NCBI RefSeq assembly: GCF_963921235.1 | Contig: NC_086097.1 | Span: forward strand, 12,958,001 to 13,022,000 | Origin: Mobula hypostoma | Lineage: Eukaryota | DNA: 64,000 nt | Direction: 5' to 3' | Shown here: piece after piece, positions 1-14,395 of the stretch | Position numbering within the stretch: the first letter of the stretch is position 1 | How the letters are laid out: each line of letters begins with the position of its first letter | Program-made: the position numbers and the translations under genes | The notes under the pieces: model-generated | Seen by the model: the letters and a program-made list of their open reading frames with translations, nothing else | Told to the model about the DNA's origin: nothing | Database searches by the model: none

Positions 1-899
1 TTAACCACTACAAAAGCACTGAACAATTACATGTATATAGGTAATAATAAAAAAAAAGAAACAAGCATGGGAAAGTTAAACCACAAGGAAAGTTACAATT
101 ACACAGCTGAATCAAAGATTTGTAGTACTGATAAGTGAGAGCAGGTAAGGATGGACAAAGAATACTCATGGAATTCACATCCTAAGGTTTGTGAGGGAAA
201 AAAGATCTTTTGCCATCCAACATCACTATATAGTTTATTTATGTGAGTATTAGTTGAGTCCTGCTTTCCTATTCATAGAGGATACTTCTTAACTTTAACA
301 TTGTGGCAAGATGGTGCCAGTGAACCATGGCGACGTTCTGCGGTCTACATACAATACTTCTAAATATTCTTAAATGAATCTCAAGTTCAAAGGTTAACAG
401 GTTCATTTTATTGTCAAAGTATGTATGTACAATACAACTCTGATATTTGTATTCTCCAGATAGCCATTATGATGGGTGATGATGAAAAAAAGATATCAAC
501 TCCCAACACTGCCCTCCCCTGGCATGAAAAAGAAAAGGAACAAAACTTGCAGACCCCAAAATCCCCCCCACCCTACAGACAAGACCATCGACAGTAGCAC
601 CAAACCCCCAGCTCCAGCCCACACACAAAAAATTAACAGATCACCCACGCGATTTGAAACCAATACAAAGTACAGTCAATAATCACATATGGTGACATAT
701 ATGTGCTTAGATAATAAATTTACTTTGAACTTTGAGCATTAAGTACTTCTGAATTTGTAATGAGACAAATTTTTTGCCGTCCAGATGTTACACTTCTTCC
801 ACTTAATTTGACAGAAATGACTTTGGGGTATAAAACCCCAAGGTGTAGCCTTAATTACAAATAAGGCTTAACTTAAAACCAAAGGTATTTTTCCAGAGA

Positions 900-1090
900 A
901 ACACGTCCAAAATGTGAGGAACTCAGCAGGTTCAGGCAGCATCAATGGAAAGGAATAAGCAGTTAGCGTCTCGCTCCAAAATGTTGACTGTTTATTCATT
1001 ACCATAGATGCTGTCTGACCTGCTAAGTTTCTCCAGCATTTTGAGTGTGTTCTGCTGGATTTCCAGCATCTCCAGAATCCTTTGCTTTGA
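900..1090. repeat. Decayed Penelope-derived fold-back repeat. Further copies approx: 6800-6860+7255-7320, 7660-7720, 8030-8092+8855-9080, 18930-19085, 23170-23270, 25380-25505, 25630-25730, 37225-37330, 44555-44615, 44985-45060, 54905-55000
   Basis: Shared motif GGAACTCAGCAGGTCAGGCAGCATC and its reverse complement. Confidence 0.75.
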
Positions 1091-1939
1091 TAATTTTCCA
1101 GCTTAGTGTGTTAAATTCTGAGGCAATGTGCATTCATGTTCAAAACTTCGCAAGTTCCTTCAATTACTCTCTTGAATACTTATTACAACCCTGAAAGAGG
1201 CCATTCAGCCCCTTGAATCTATGCCTGCTTGCAATAGGAACTTCCATCTCATTCTTTCTGGTCCTACTTCTCTTTAGCCTTGAAATTTTACTTCTCACAT
1301 TTACCAATGAACTTCCATTCGTTGTGTCCTAAAAGATAATTTAGCCTGTTAACTTAGTCTTTGTAGGGTGTGGGAGGAAAACAGACTACTGACAAAACCT
1401 CATATAGTTTTAGGAAAAATGTCCAGTCTCCAGCACATGAGATCAGGGTCTATCTAGGTTCCCTGAGCTGTGTGGAGGAGCACTATCTGCTGCATACACA
1501 ATTAAACAGTAGTCTGTCTTTTTATGCCTTTTAAATTATTTCCATGAATCTTTGGCTAATTGGGGCAACCACTAATTGGGCCAAAATGTACTAGTCCCAA
1601 TTAATCAGCATTTAGGAAAGGGTTTAGATCAAGTGGAATGCCAAAGACTTTTTCCCTAGGGGAGAGATGGCTACTAAAGGGGATGTATTTTTAATGTGAT
1701 TGGAAGAAAGTATTAGGAATGCCAGATTTATGTTCTTTCGCAGAGAGTGGCGGGTGTGTGGAATGCCCTGCCAGGGGTCGTGGAAGTGGCAAATATATTA
1801 GGGGCATTTAAGAACAACTTACAAAGGCAGATGAATAATAGAAAAATGGAGGGCTATGTATTTATCTTTGAGTCGGTTAAAAGGCCAGCTCAGCATCCGG
1901 GAACTCCCCATCCAATTGCGTTGAAAGACTGCTGTAGAT

Positions 1940-2995
1940 TAGTGACACCACAGGCTATGCATATTGGAAATAATATCTCCTCCTCACTGGCACATCTCAA
2001 GGATGTGTGGTTAGGCCATAGCTTTACTCTCACTATACCAGGGGTTCCCAACATGGAGGTCCATGGGCCCCATGCTTAATGACAGAAAAAAAGATTGGGA
2101 ACGTTTGCTGTACACCCACAACTGCGTGGCTAGATACAGCTCAAATGCCATCTATAAATTTGCTGAAGATGCAACAACTTTTGGCAGAATTTCAGATGGT
2201 GATGAGAAGACATACAGGAGTGAGATAGATCAGCTGGTTGAATGATGTCCCAGCAACAACCTTGCACTCTGTGCCAGTAAGATCAAGGAATTGATTGTGG
2301 ACTTCAGGATGGAGAGATTGAGGAAACACACACCAGTCCTCATTGAGGGATCAGCAGTGAAAAGTGTGAGCAGTTTGAAGTTCCCGGGTGTCAACATCTC
2401 TGAGGATCTCTCCTGGTCCCAACATATTTATGCAATTGCAGCAAAGACACAACAACAGCTAGATTTCATTCAATGTTTGAAGAGATTTGGTATCTCACCA
2501 AGGTCACTCGCAAATTTCTACAGATATACCATGGAGAGCATTCTAACTGGTTGTATTACTGTCGTGTATGGTGGGTAGGGAGGGGCTACTGCACAGGATC
2601 AAGAAAAGCTGCAGAAAATTGTAAACTCAGCCAGCTCCATCATGGCGACTGGTCTCCCCAGCATCCAGGACACCTTCGAAAGTAAATGCCTCAAAAAGGC
2701 TGCATCCATCATAAAGAACCCCCATCAACCAAGAAATGCCCTCTTCTCATTGCTACCATCAAGGGGAGATACAGGAGCCTGAAGATACACTCAATGTTAG
2801 AGGAATAGCTTATTCCCCTCTGCCATTAGATTTCTGAATGGACAGTAAACCTATGAACACTATATCAGTACTTTTCCCTCTATCTTTGCACTACTTATTT
2901 AATTAATTTTTATATATAATTCTTATTGTAATTTGAACTTTTTATTATTATGTATTGCAATGTACTGCTCCTACCAAACAACAAATTTCACAACA
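1940..2995 (+). mobile_element. Older Rex1/Babar-type LINE 3' part. Related fragments approx: 3480-3850(-), 4520-5000, 5955-6400, 6860-7250, 8093-8853(-), 9210-9560, 10220-10570, 11310-11700(-), 12690-13070, 20650-20960, 23690-24270, 24945-25250(-)
   Basis: LYTHNC, IYKFAEDAT, IVDFR, FYRYTMESILTGCITV; shared 3' UTR GGAG.TACAGGAGCCTGAAG. Confidence 0.8.
2039..2102. mobile_element. Tiny hAT-type MITE remnant inside a Rex-type LINE; related fragment near 10640-10715
   Basis: CAGGGGTTCCCAAC start and ..TTGGGAAC end interrupt the RT remnant. Confidence 0.45.
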
Positions 2996-4786
2996 GGGTT
3001 CTCATCATTAGGACAGGAAGCTGTGTGCTGTTTACTGCTTACTTGTGCTATGCACTACATGAATTTTGAGTTATATTTTGTTTTATGGGTTATGAGTGAT
3101 ATGTTTTGTGGGTGCTCCATGGCTTGGAGGAACCCTGCTTCGTTTGGTTGTATATAGGTACAGTCAGATGACAATAAACTTGAACTTGTATCAAAAGGAA
3201 CTTCTAACCCATAGAAGTGTAATATCGACAAAATGCTAGACAAACCTCACTGATTATGAGGAAGCTATTCCTATATCTATAGAGTGATGGTAGCATTTTA
3301 AAAGTATATCTTCAAGAATTTCTGTTTTTTAACTCAACTCATTTGACAATTCATGATTGATGAGGCCCTAGTTGTTCATTTTGTCAGAAGAAAGATAGGG
3401 TTAAATTGGAATGTGTGTACAGAACTTCAACAAGGATATTACCAACACTAGAGGATCTGATTTATAAGAAGTACATTTCCCATGGCAGGCAGTGATGCAG
3501 CCAGTCAGGATGCTCTCAATTGTGCCCCTGTAGAAAGCTTTTAGGATTTGGGGGCCCACACCAAACTCCTTCAACCGTCTGAGGTGAAAGAGGCACTGTT
3601 GTGCCTTTTATACCACACAGCTGGTGTGTACAGACCACATGAGATCCTTGGTGATGTGGATGTTGAGGAATTTAAAGCTGTTTACCCTCTCAGCCCCAGA
3701 TCCACTGACGTCAATAGGGGTTAGCCCGTCTCCATTCCTCCTGTAATCCACAACCACGTCCCTTGTTTTTGTGACATTGAAGGAGAGGTTGTTTTCTTGA
3801 CACCACTGTGTCAGGGTGATGACTTCTTCCCTGTTGGCCACCTTGTTATTGTTTTGATTTTTTTTGTTGTTTATCTTTGATCCCTAATTTAACATCAAGT
3901 CTTGTTCACATGTTTTATCAGTGATGTTTGCACAACAATACAACAACACAAACCAGGTCAGAAATGTTTCAGTTTTAATGTTTTGTATGTCAGTTAAGTG
4001 ATATGACCGTGGTCTAGATAATCAGCGTAAAGATGATCGAGTAATCTATCTATCAAGCAAACTTGGTGTCTGTGTTACTAAATGATGCAGAAACAGATTT
4101 TATTTTCACTATTTCTATTTAACTATCTTTCACTCTTCATATTCTTTGTTAGAAAATTTGCTTATTCTTATGCAAAATAATAAAAAGTAGATTTAAGGTG
4201 AGAGGTAATTTTTTTTTTACACAGGAAGTGGTAGGCTGTTGGAATATGATACCAGGAAGGAGATAGAATTGGAAATAATAGCAGCTTTTAAGAGCCATTT
4301 AGACAGGCACATGAAAAAGAAGGAAAGTTTGTGAAATAGGCAATGCAATGGCAGAAGGGATTACCTTCGATTTACATCATGGTCAGCACAGACTCCATGG
4401 GCTGAAGGGCCTGTGTTATGTTCTAGCTTATCACTCAGTGTAACTATCTAGCATCTTGAATGCTGTAATAAAGAATACAGACACTTTTCCACATTGGGCA
4501 GAAGTGAAATGGTCGAATTAAGTACCCCCATCATCCCAGACGTGCTTTCCTCTGGACGTGCTACCATCAAGGAGGTGATACAGGAGCCTGAAGATACGCA
4601 GGAACGATTCGTCACCTTCTGCACCAGATTTCTGAATAGATAATGAGCCCATGAACTATTCCACAGTATTTTTTACCTCTCTTCTTGTACTATTTAATTT
4701 ATTTTTCTGTATACATAATTTTTATTGTAATTTATAGCTTTTATTATTGTATATTAGAATGTACTGCTGCTGTACTATTGTCTTTG

Positions 4787-4960
4787 TTGAGAAAAGAACC
4801 AAGAGAAGGGATTTAAATGTCCACATCTCTGTGTTAGATTACAAACAATCCAAGGGAATGACTGGGAAAGTTACAGGAGATCGAGAACTAAACCTGTGAC
4901 TATCAAAACAATATAATGACTTTGTAGTTTTACTTGTCGTAAACTAAGTCTTCGTCATTT
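4787..4960 (+). repeat. Approx 175-bp diverged direct repeat, second copy at 6577-6760
   Basis: Shared AACAATCCAAGGGAATGAC, GAAAGTTACA, GAGAACTAA, ACTTTGTAGTTTTACTTGTC. Confidence 0.85.
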
Positions 4961-5059
4961 CACGCCATATGCCAGTGATATTAAACCCGATTCTGATTCT
5001 AATCACATGTATCAAGGAATTTCTAGTGATAGTTTTTACAGATTTTAAAGAGAAGCAAA

Positions 5060-5225
5060 GAATATCCACTGTCCAAAAATTTACCCTCAACTAACATTTG
5101 TAAAACAATCTACCTAGCCACTTGCCACACCACTGCATCCAAATTGACAGATGGACTTGCTATATACAGTGGTGACTACATTTCGAAAGTGTTTCATTAG
5201 CTGTAAAGTGCATTATGCTCCTAAC
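5060..5225 (+). repeat. Highly decayed Deu-domain SINE-like remnant; possible second copy approx 44320-44480
   Basis: TTTACCCTCAACTAACAT...AGTGGTGACTACATTTCGAAAGTGTTTCATTAGCTGTAAAGTGC resembles the Deu/SacSINE core as I recall it. Confidence 0.4.
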
Positions 5226-6493
5226 TTGCGATTATAAGATTCTAAGTAGTTCACTTAATCCTCCGAGTTTATTAAGCCATTCAAAAACATCACGGTTGAT
5301 CTGTAACTAGCCTTTTACTCCAGGTTTTTCTTGTATATTTGGCAACTTTAGCTATCAAAAATTAACAGCTCAGTGTCAAAAAGCTTTATCTTCAGGAGCC
5401 ATCGGCAATGAAATTTCTTTTACACAAATTCTTTCTCCCGAGCTAGCTGTCTCCCACAAATATTTAATGATTTTCAACTAGCCGCCCAGGTGGTTTCCGT
5501 TGTTCCTATAACAGGCGGTTGATTTGCGTCACCAGTTTTATGCTTGAACAGCAAGTTGAAAATCTACCCCATTGGTTCTGTAATTACCCCATTCAGAACC
5601 TCAGGAGCTGAGTTATTAGCAGCTGTAACTAGTCCATTAACACTTAAGCAGAGCTATTCCTTGAGGTTAATGGGAGGGTAATCAGTACGCACTTGCACAC
5701 ATTCAATTTAAAATACCTCTCAGCCATATTGAAAGCCTCTGTCTGTTACACACTGAAGATTTATTGTGCATAGCATTAAGGTCTTATGTTTTTAATTTTT
5801 TTTTCCAAAATCATTTATTATTTTAGGTGTATAAACTGCTGCGGATCTCCAAATCAGCCAATCAACCAATGACTGACAAAACAAATCTTTTCCAATTATA
5901 GGAAAATTTATGAGTGTGAAGAGATAGGTAAATGACAAAGATATGAGGTGTGGTCACTGGCTAACTGGCTGCATCACCGTCTGGTACGGGGGTGGGAGGA
6001 AGGTGACTACGGCGTAGGATCGAAGTAAACAGTAGTATCCAGGACATCTTCAAGGAGCAGTGCCACAAAAAGGCAGCATCCATCAATAAGGACCTTCATC
6101 ACCCAGCTCATGCCCACTTCTCATTGTTACCATCATGAAGGAGGTGCAGAAGCCTGAAGGCACACACTCAGTGATTCAGGAACAGTTTCTTCCCCTCTGC
6201 CATCCGATTCCTAAATGAACATTGAACCCATTAACACTACCTAACTAATTTTTTATTTCTGTTTTTGCACTAATTATTTAATTTTACTATATATATACTT
6301 ACTGCAGTTCACAGTTTTATCAAGTATTGCATCATACAGCTGCTGCAAAGTCAACAAACTTCAGAACATATGCTGGTGATATTAAACCTGATTCTGGTCA
6401 CATCTACTGAGAATTCATGGCTGTGTTACAGTGCAGAAGCTTTGCATTGTTATGTAATGTCCGTTTATTCTGTTAACTACAATAGTGAACCAA

Positions 6494-6494
<1 letters not shown>

Positions 6495-6523
<29 letters not shown>
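6495..6523. repeat. (TG)n microsatellite
   Basis: About 14 perfect TG units. Confidence 0.95.
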
Positions 6524-6525
<2 letters not shown>

Positions 6526-9500
6526 TAAAGTAATATGGTTGAGTGCTCAGACATTACAGTGAGTGGGGAAGTCGTTATTGAGAGAAGAACTGAGAGAAGG
6601 GATTTATCTGCCCAGATCTCTCGGTTAGAGGCCTCTAATAACTAACAATCCAAGGGAATGACCGAGAAAGTTACAAGACAGTGAGAACTAAGCCTGTAAC
6701 TCTCAAAACAAAGTAATAACTTTGTAGTTTTACTTGTCATAAATCTGAGTCTTCATCATTTGGCTTCTGAGCAGTCGAGACAAGAGAAAGAGGGGAACGT
6801 AACACACAAAATGATGGGGGAACTCAACAGGTGAGGCAGCATCTGCGGAGACAAATAAAAGGTACAGGAGCCTCAGGACTCACAGCACCAGGTTCAGGAA
6901 CAGTTATTACCCCTCAACCATCGAACTGGGGGGGGGGGGTGGATAAATTGACTCACCTCAACACTGAACTAATTCCATAGTCTGTGACTCCCTTTCAAGG
7001 ACTCTACAACTTGTGTCTCTGTATTTATTGCTTATTTATACTTAATTATTATCATTATTATTTTATTCTTTACTTTTCGTATTTGCACAGCTTGTTATCT
7101 TTTGCTCATAGTTTGTTTGTCACTCTCTGTCGTGTGTGCTTTTTCAGTGATCCTACTGTGTTTCTTTCTTCTTACTCTGAATCCCCACAGGTAGTATACA
7201 GTGATATATATGTACTCTGATAATAAACTTATTTTGAAATTTGAAATTTGAATAAAAAGTTGATGTTTCCGGCTGAGACCCTACACCAGGACTGAAATCT
7301 GCAGAATCTCTTGTGTTTAAGAGAGATATATCTAAGGCCATCTTTACTAGGTACAACTGTTAGCATAAGTCAAAAACTGCTGCTACTAGTTTTGCAAAAA
7401 GACCCAATGGAAGATTTTTTTAAAAATCTAATAACTCTTGCTTAAAGGGACAACGTCTTATAAATCTTTGCTTGGAACAGTACTGTCATCTGGCAGAGCA
7501 AAGTCCAACTCGTTGTTTATGCTTGTGTTTGAATTTGCATTCGGAACAAAATGTTAACCCTCTCTTCGAACCATCATTGTTATAGCAAGCTATCGCAGAC
7601 TTTCTATTGATGGTGCATCTGTGCTTTGTAATGCAGAAATTATGGAAACATTATCATGGCAGCATTTATGGACGGGGAAGCGCAGTTACTGTTTTAGACC
7701 CGAGACACTTCGTCTGAACTGGGCGGCATGACAGCATTATGGTCAGCACATTGCGTTACTGCACCAGCAGCTGAGGCTCAGTCCCCACCACTGTCTGTGA
7801 GGACTTTGTACGTTCTCCCTGTGATGTCGTGGATTTCCTCCTGCATCCCAAAGATGTATGGTTTAGTAGTTTAATTGGTCAAATGGGTGTAATTGGGTTG
7901 CAAGGGCTCATTGGGCCGGGAGAGCTGTATCTCTAAATTCAATTAAATTAAGACCGAGAAAGCAGGACAGCAGGGAGACACAAGAGACAGTAGAAGAAAA
8001 TCAAAAAAATTAAACTGGAGAATAAATCAAGCTGCTGCTGAAACTCAGCAGGTCAGGAAGCATCTGTGGAATGAAATGGACAGTCAACTTTTTCAAAGTT
8101 CAAAGTTCAAAATAAATTTTATTATTAAAATGCATATGTGTCACCATATACAACCTTGAGATTCATTTTCTTGTGGGCATACTCCATAAATCTATAGAAT
8201 AATAATCATAACAGAATCAATGAAAGACTGCCCAATTTAGAGCATTCAACCAAAGTGCAGAAGACAACAAACTGTGCAAATACAAAAAGAAGAAATAATA
8301 ATAAATGATGTATATACTTATAGCAGGTTGATGCTTTGCTGCTGCTTGTGTGAGGGAGGGAGAGAGGGGGCTTTGGGAGTCTAATGTTTTTCTGTCATTT
8401 ATTCTTTTTGGGTTCTTTCTTTTTTCGTGGATGTCTATGAAGGGTAAGAATTTTAGGTTGTGTGCTGGGTACATTCTCTGATAATAAAATGGAACCACTT
8501 GAACAATTTGAATAAGTATCAAAGACATGAGATGAAGTGTCCTTGAAAGTGAGTCCGTCAGTTGTGCGAGCATTTGAATGATGGGGCAAGTGAAGTTATC
8601 CCCTCTGGTTCAAGAGCCTGATGGTTAAGGCATAATAACTGTTCCTGAGCCTGGTGCTATTTGCCCTGATGACTGCACTGAGAAGAGAGCATGACCCGGT
8701 TCGTGGCGGTTCCTGATAATTGATGCTGCTTTCCTGCAGTAATTCTCCGTGTAAATGTACTCAATGGCTACGAGGGCTTTACTCATGAAGAACTGGGCCA
8801 TATTCACTACGGTAGGATTTTCTGTTTAAGGACATTGGTGCTTCCATACCAATCTGTCAAAACCCTTGCACCAGGACTAACTCTGAGTTACTGAATTCTT
8901 CCTGCAGTTTGCTTTTGCTCCAGATTCCAGCATCTGCAGTTCCTTATTTGTCTGAAAAGAAAACTACTGGAAGAACTCAAAGGTTCAGCAGCATCTGTGA
9001 GTGAAAGTGATGGTCAATGTTCAGGACTTGATCCTGCATCAGGATCCAAGCAGTGTCTCAACCCAAGATGCTTGCCAAAACTTTGCCTCTGAAAAGAGAA
9101 AACTATTCTGATTTAAGTTGCAGAGAAGGACTTAATACGGAATTCTCCGAGTTTAGGTAAGGTCACCCACCACCAAGGCCACGCCCCCTTCTCACCACAA
9201 CCATTGATCGGGCTGGAGGTTCAGAAGCCTTGGGACCCCTCCATTAGGTTCAGGAATAGTTATTAATCTACAGCTAAAAGGCTCCTGGACTGATATTGAT
9301 AACTTCATTCACCACAACCCTGACTGATTCAATGACCTTCAGGTTCATTTTCCAGGACTCTTTACAACTCATGCTCCTAGTATTTTTTATTTGTGGGTTT
9401 AGTTTTCTTTTGTATATTGTTTGTTTGTGAGTCTTTGTATGTTTATCTATAGTTCTTCATTAAATTCTATTGTATTTCTTGATCACCCTGCAAGAGATTG

Positions 9501-11923
9501 AATCTCAAAGAACTCTGATGATAAATTTTACTTTGAGATTTGAACTTTGAATTTTGACATTATTGTTTTTTTCTCTGTGTATCAGAACTGGCCATTTCTG
9601 CTTGTATCTCATCTGCAATTTTGACTCTAATTCACTTTCTCCAGCAGCAGGGCCTGACCTCTTCTACTGTTGTGTGCAATACTTGCACTGAATTTTCTGC
9701 CTTTATCTGCCAAGGTGAATCTCACAGTGTGATGCAGATAAAATTGCATTTATATATGTGCAAAATTCACCTGTGGTTTTATTCCACTGTAACAAATAAT
9801 TTCATCTGCTGAAGAACATTTGCAACAACCAATATTTGACATTTATTGTTCTTTTTGGTGAAAGTGTTGAGATACATCTCTTCCACAGCAGGTGTAAGGT
9901 GCTCCTTCTCACTGCTAACCTGCAGATCCCCCTTGGACAAAGTGTGGCACCTGCTTAGCCCCTGATCAGGGTCACATGAAGCCGTGGGAGCAGGTGGTAG
10001 ATGGTCGTATGAGCAACTGGTGCAGATCACAAGACCACTGACGCCAGGCAGCCAATCTCTGAAGAGTATTGATAAAGGCTGGGGTCACCCATCTTTTAAA
10101 GATACTCGCAGAAGAAGGCAATGACAAATGAAGGCCAAGAACAATCATGGTGATGGAAAGACCATGTCATTCGACACAGCACATAATGATGATGAATGTC
10201 CTTTGTGTAGGCTACATGGCATCCCCACCAGGACCACTAGACTAAAAGCAGTTACTTTTCCCAAACAGTAAGGCTGATCAAAGCCTCCACCTCCATGAAC
10301 CCACACCTCCAGACCCTGCCCCCATGTCTACTGCTTTATCATTTCATGTCAGAATCACTTTATGTACACACACTCATATATCTAGCGTCACTTAATGGAC
10401 ATGCAATCAATCTTTGTATATAAACTATCTCATATATTTATATTTATTGTGTTTTTAGTGTTGTGTTCTTTATCTTATTGTGTTTTGCTGTGCTGCATCA
10501 GATCTCGAGAAAAGGGGTAACAATTATTTTGTTCTCCTTTACAGTTGGAACTGACATTAAATATTTTTGAATCTTTAGAATTTCGTGATGTTTGAGTACA
10601 ATATATTTTTCAGCATGTTTGGTTTTAGATGGTCTATCGCAGAGATTCCCAACCTTCTCTATGCCATTGAGCAATACCATTAAGCAAAGGGTATGTGGAC
10701 TCCTGGACCCCCTCATCTATTGGATAAACGATAAACAATATCTTTGTCTCTGAATTTCATTGTGCTAGACGTTAAGTTTAATTTGTGCGCTATGAAACTA
10801 AAAGAAGCAACTTCAGTCCTAAGATGAGTGCTTTGGTCCATTTCTCTCTGCATTCATCAGCACTTAAACATGTAATGAAGACGTAGTGCTAAGCTCTTAT
10901 TTTATTCCACAAGTGAATTGTGTTCACTAATGCATGGTTTAAATTCTGCTTCTGGTTTTCCCTTCTTTGGGTGGGTCCCACAGGATGAAATAATTATGTT
11001 TGAAGCAGTGGATCAATTAGTGCTCGTCTCCTGAGTTTCTCCCCTTATCTCTTCTTATTGTCCGAGAGGGATATATTAGCAAACTGACACAGAGGTGGAA
11101 GGCTAATCAGTATTCCAGCTTGATGAGCGATGATAAGGAAAAGTACCAATGGAACTTGCTATTTATGTAAACCCAATTACGCTTCTCACCCACCACTTCC
11201 TTCCCACATTTAGCCTCTGTCTATTAACACTGAATGAGGCAGTAGTTTGCTAGTCAAAGTTATTGCTTTGTGCTTTGCTTTCATTATAGCTTGAGTTATA
11301 CATTGCAGAAGTTTTAAGTTCAATTTCAAGTTTATTGTTATCTGACTGTACATGTATACAACCAAATGAAACAATGTTCCTTCAGACAACAGAGTACCCT
11401 CAAAACATATATCACACACAAAATATTACTACAAGTAATTCAATAAAATATAATTCAAAATGCATGTATTATGCAGCAGAAGTAAACACTAAACAGTAAA
11501 CATCTTGCTGTCCTCGTGATAAGACCCCAGTGGTTGTAGGGTATGCATTCGTCTCACAGCTCAGTGGAAGAAGCCGTTATCCAGTGTAGCAGTTCCAGTC
11601 CTGATGCTCCTGAACTATCTCCTTAATGGTAGTGGGTCAAAGACATTGTGGGATAGGTGGCAGGGACCTTCAGCAATAATTTCGGCCCTTTGTATACATC
11701 CCTCCCAGCACAGTAGCATAGTGGTTAGCACAACTCTTTACAGTACAGTCAACCCAGATTCAATTCCTGCCACTGCCTGTAAGGAATTTGCACGTTCTTC
11801 CTGTGACCACGTGTGTTTCCTGCAGCTGCTCCGGTTTCCTGCCACAGTCCAAAGATGTTCCTGTTGGTAGGTTAATTTGTCATGAAAAATCATCCTGTGA
11901 TTAAGCTAGGATTAAATCAGGGG

Positions 11924-12175
11924 CAAATACGAGGAAATCTGCAGATGCTGGACAGTCAAGCAACACACACAAAATGCTGGTGGAACGCAGCAGGCCAAAC
12001 AGCATCCATAGGAAGAAGCACAGTCAACGTTTCGGGCCGAGACCCTTCGTCAGGACTAACTGAAAGAGGAGATAGTAAGAGATTTGAAAGTAGGAGGGGG
12101 AGGGGGACATCTGAAATGATAGGAGAAGACCGGGGGTGGGGGGTGGATCTAAGAGCTGGAAAGTTGATTGGAAAA
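11924..12175 (-). mobile_element. Penelope-like element terminal-repeat fragment inserted in an HE1-like SINE
   Basis: 13-bp TSD ATTAAATCAGGGG (11911-11923, 12176-12188); same repeat family as 30649-30861. Confidence 0.85.
12022..12057 (-). ncRNA. Minimal type I hammerhead ribozyme motif
   Basis: Minus strand: AGTC-CTGACGA-A-GGGT/CTCG/GCCC-GAAAC-GTT-GACT; stem I AGTC/GACT, stem II GGGT/GCCC. Confidence 0.75.
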
Positions 12176-13069
12176 ATTAAATCAGGGGATTGGTGGGTGT
12201 TGCAATTCAAAGGGCCAGAGGGTCTGCTCCACACTATACCTCAGTAAATGAATGGACTGGGGTGGGGGTTAGGGGAAGGGAGACCCCAGTGATCCTCTCA
12301 GCAGTTGTTAAGATCATCTGTAGGATCTAGTGTTCCAATGCCTTGCAGGTTCTGAACTACAGAGCAGTATTATTTCTCCATTCGTTGAAGTGGAGCCTAA
12401 TTCACATACCCCCTGCTAATGAGAATAAATAAAAACAGTCCTTTTACTGGTATTAAGGATCAGCACACACCACAGGCAGAAATGATCAGTTAGCTTACAG
12501 CTCGCTATTACCAGTAAGGTATATCCTGTTCATTCTGTAGGCGTGCAGCATTAAGAATTCCTATAAATGATTTTTGGGAAACTAATTAACACAGAAGGGG
12601 TTTCATAGGGATAAGGGGGAGCAGTACACAGAGACTGCATAGTCAGTCTGAAAAAACTAATTGAAGAGTAATTGTGACCACCAAGGAACAACTAAACCAG
12701 TCGGGAGAGTATTCTGACTATATCACGGCCTGGTATGGAAACACCAATGCCCAACTACGGAAAAGCCTACCAAAAGTAATGGATACAATCCAGTCCATTA
12801 CATGAAAAGCTCTTCCTACCATCGACCACATCTACATGAAGCTTCATGGTAGGAAAGCAGCATCCATCATTAAGGACCTCCTCAGTCCTGGTCCTTCTCT
12901 CTTCTCACTACTGCCATCGGGAAGGAGGTACAGGAGCCTTAGCAGTCACACCACCGGCATCAGGAACAGTTATTACTCCTCAACCATCAGGCTCCTGAAC
13001 CACTGTGGATAACTTCACTCACTACACTACTGAACTGATTCCACAACCTGTGGACTCATTTTCAAGGAC

Positions 13070-14395
13070 TCAGAAGGGAAGGGAGGAGAAGAGATGTGCA
13101 GTAGTTTTAGAAGATTCCATAGATAAGGGAGCAGAGAGAGATTCTGTGGTCATGATGAAGACACCCAGGTGGCATTTTGCCTCCCAAGTGCCAAGTTCAG
13201 GAATATCTTGGATTGGGTCACCAGCATTATAAAGGGGGAGGTTGAACCGTCAGAAGTTCTGGTACATATTGGTACTATTGACACAAGTAGGAAATGGGAA
13301 GAAGCTCTGAACAGAGAATGTAGAGACTTAAGAAGAAAGCTGAAAAGCAGGGTCCCCAGGGTAGTAATCTCTGGATTGCTGTCTGTGCCACCAGTGTGGG
13401 TAAGAATAAGATCATTTTGCAGATTAATGTGTGGCTAAGGAATTGGCGCAGGGAGCAGGGTTTCAGATTTCTGGATCATTGGAATCTCTTCTGGGAAAGG
13501 AATGGCCTGTACAAAAATGATGGGTTAAACCTGACCCCAAGGGGCACTGATATTCTTGCAGCCAGGTTTGCTAGAGCTGTTGGGGAGAGTGTGAACTAAT
13601 TTGGCAGGGGGATAGGAACCAGAATGATAGGGCTGAGGATAGTGCAATTGGTATATAAGTAGAAGCAGTGTGTAGTGAGACTGTGAGGAAGGACAAGCAA
13701 ATGATAGGGCAAAATTGCTGTCAGTGGGATGAGCTGAAGTGTAACATGGGGACTAAATCGAAAAGGGTGATAGATACTGGACTGAAGGTGTTATATTTGA
13801 ATGTACACAGTATGCAGAATAAGGTAGATGATCTTGTAGTGTAATTAGAGATTGATAAGTGTGATGTTGTGGGCATCTCTGAGTTGTGATTGAAAGAAGA
13901 TCATAGTTGGGCCTTAACATCCAAGGGTACACATTGTATCAAAAGGATAGGCAGATGGACAGGGATGTAGGGTGGCTCTGTTAGTAAGAAGCGAAATCAA
14001 ATGCTAAGGAAGAAGTGACATTAGATGAGAAGATGTAGAATCCTTGTGGGTAGAGATAAGAAACTGCAAGGGTAAAAAGACCCTGATGGGAGTTATATAT
14101 AGGCCTCCAAAAAGTAAACAGGATATGGGATACAAATTACAATGGGAAATAGAAAGGCATATATAATGGGCAATGTTATGACAATCTATATGCAGGTGGA
14201 TTTGGAAAATCAGGTTTGTGCTGAATCCCAAGAGAGGGAATTTGTAGAATGTATACTAGATGGCTTTTTAGAGCAGCTTATGGTTCAGCCCACTAGGAGA
14301 AAGACAATTATGGATTGGGTGTTGTGTAACAAACTAAATTTGATAAGAGAGCTTAAAGTAAAGGAACCTTCAATCTGCATTTTGAGAGGGAGATC
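13070..14395 (+). mobile_element. CR1 LINE fragment: esterase (SGNH)-type ORF1 end and APE endonuclease start
   Basis: VLVHIGTID, VVISGLL, FLDHWNLFW..LYKNDGL; downstream CILDGFLEQL...PTR..IMDWVLCN. Confidence 0.85.

Noticed and set aside
5827..5927. Possible exon between TTTTAG and GTAAAT
   Set aside because: All three frames contain stops and no known protein is recognisable
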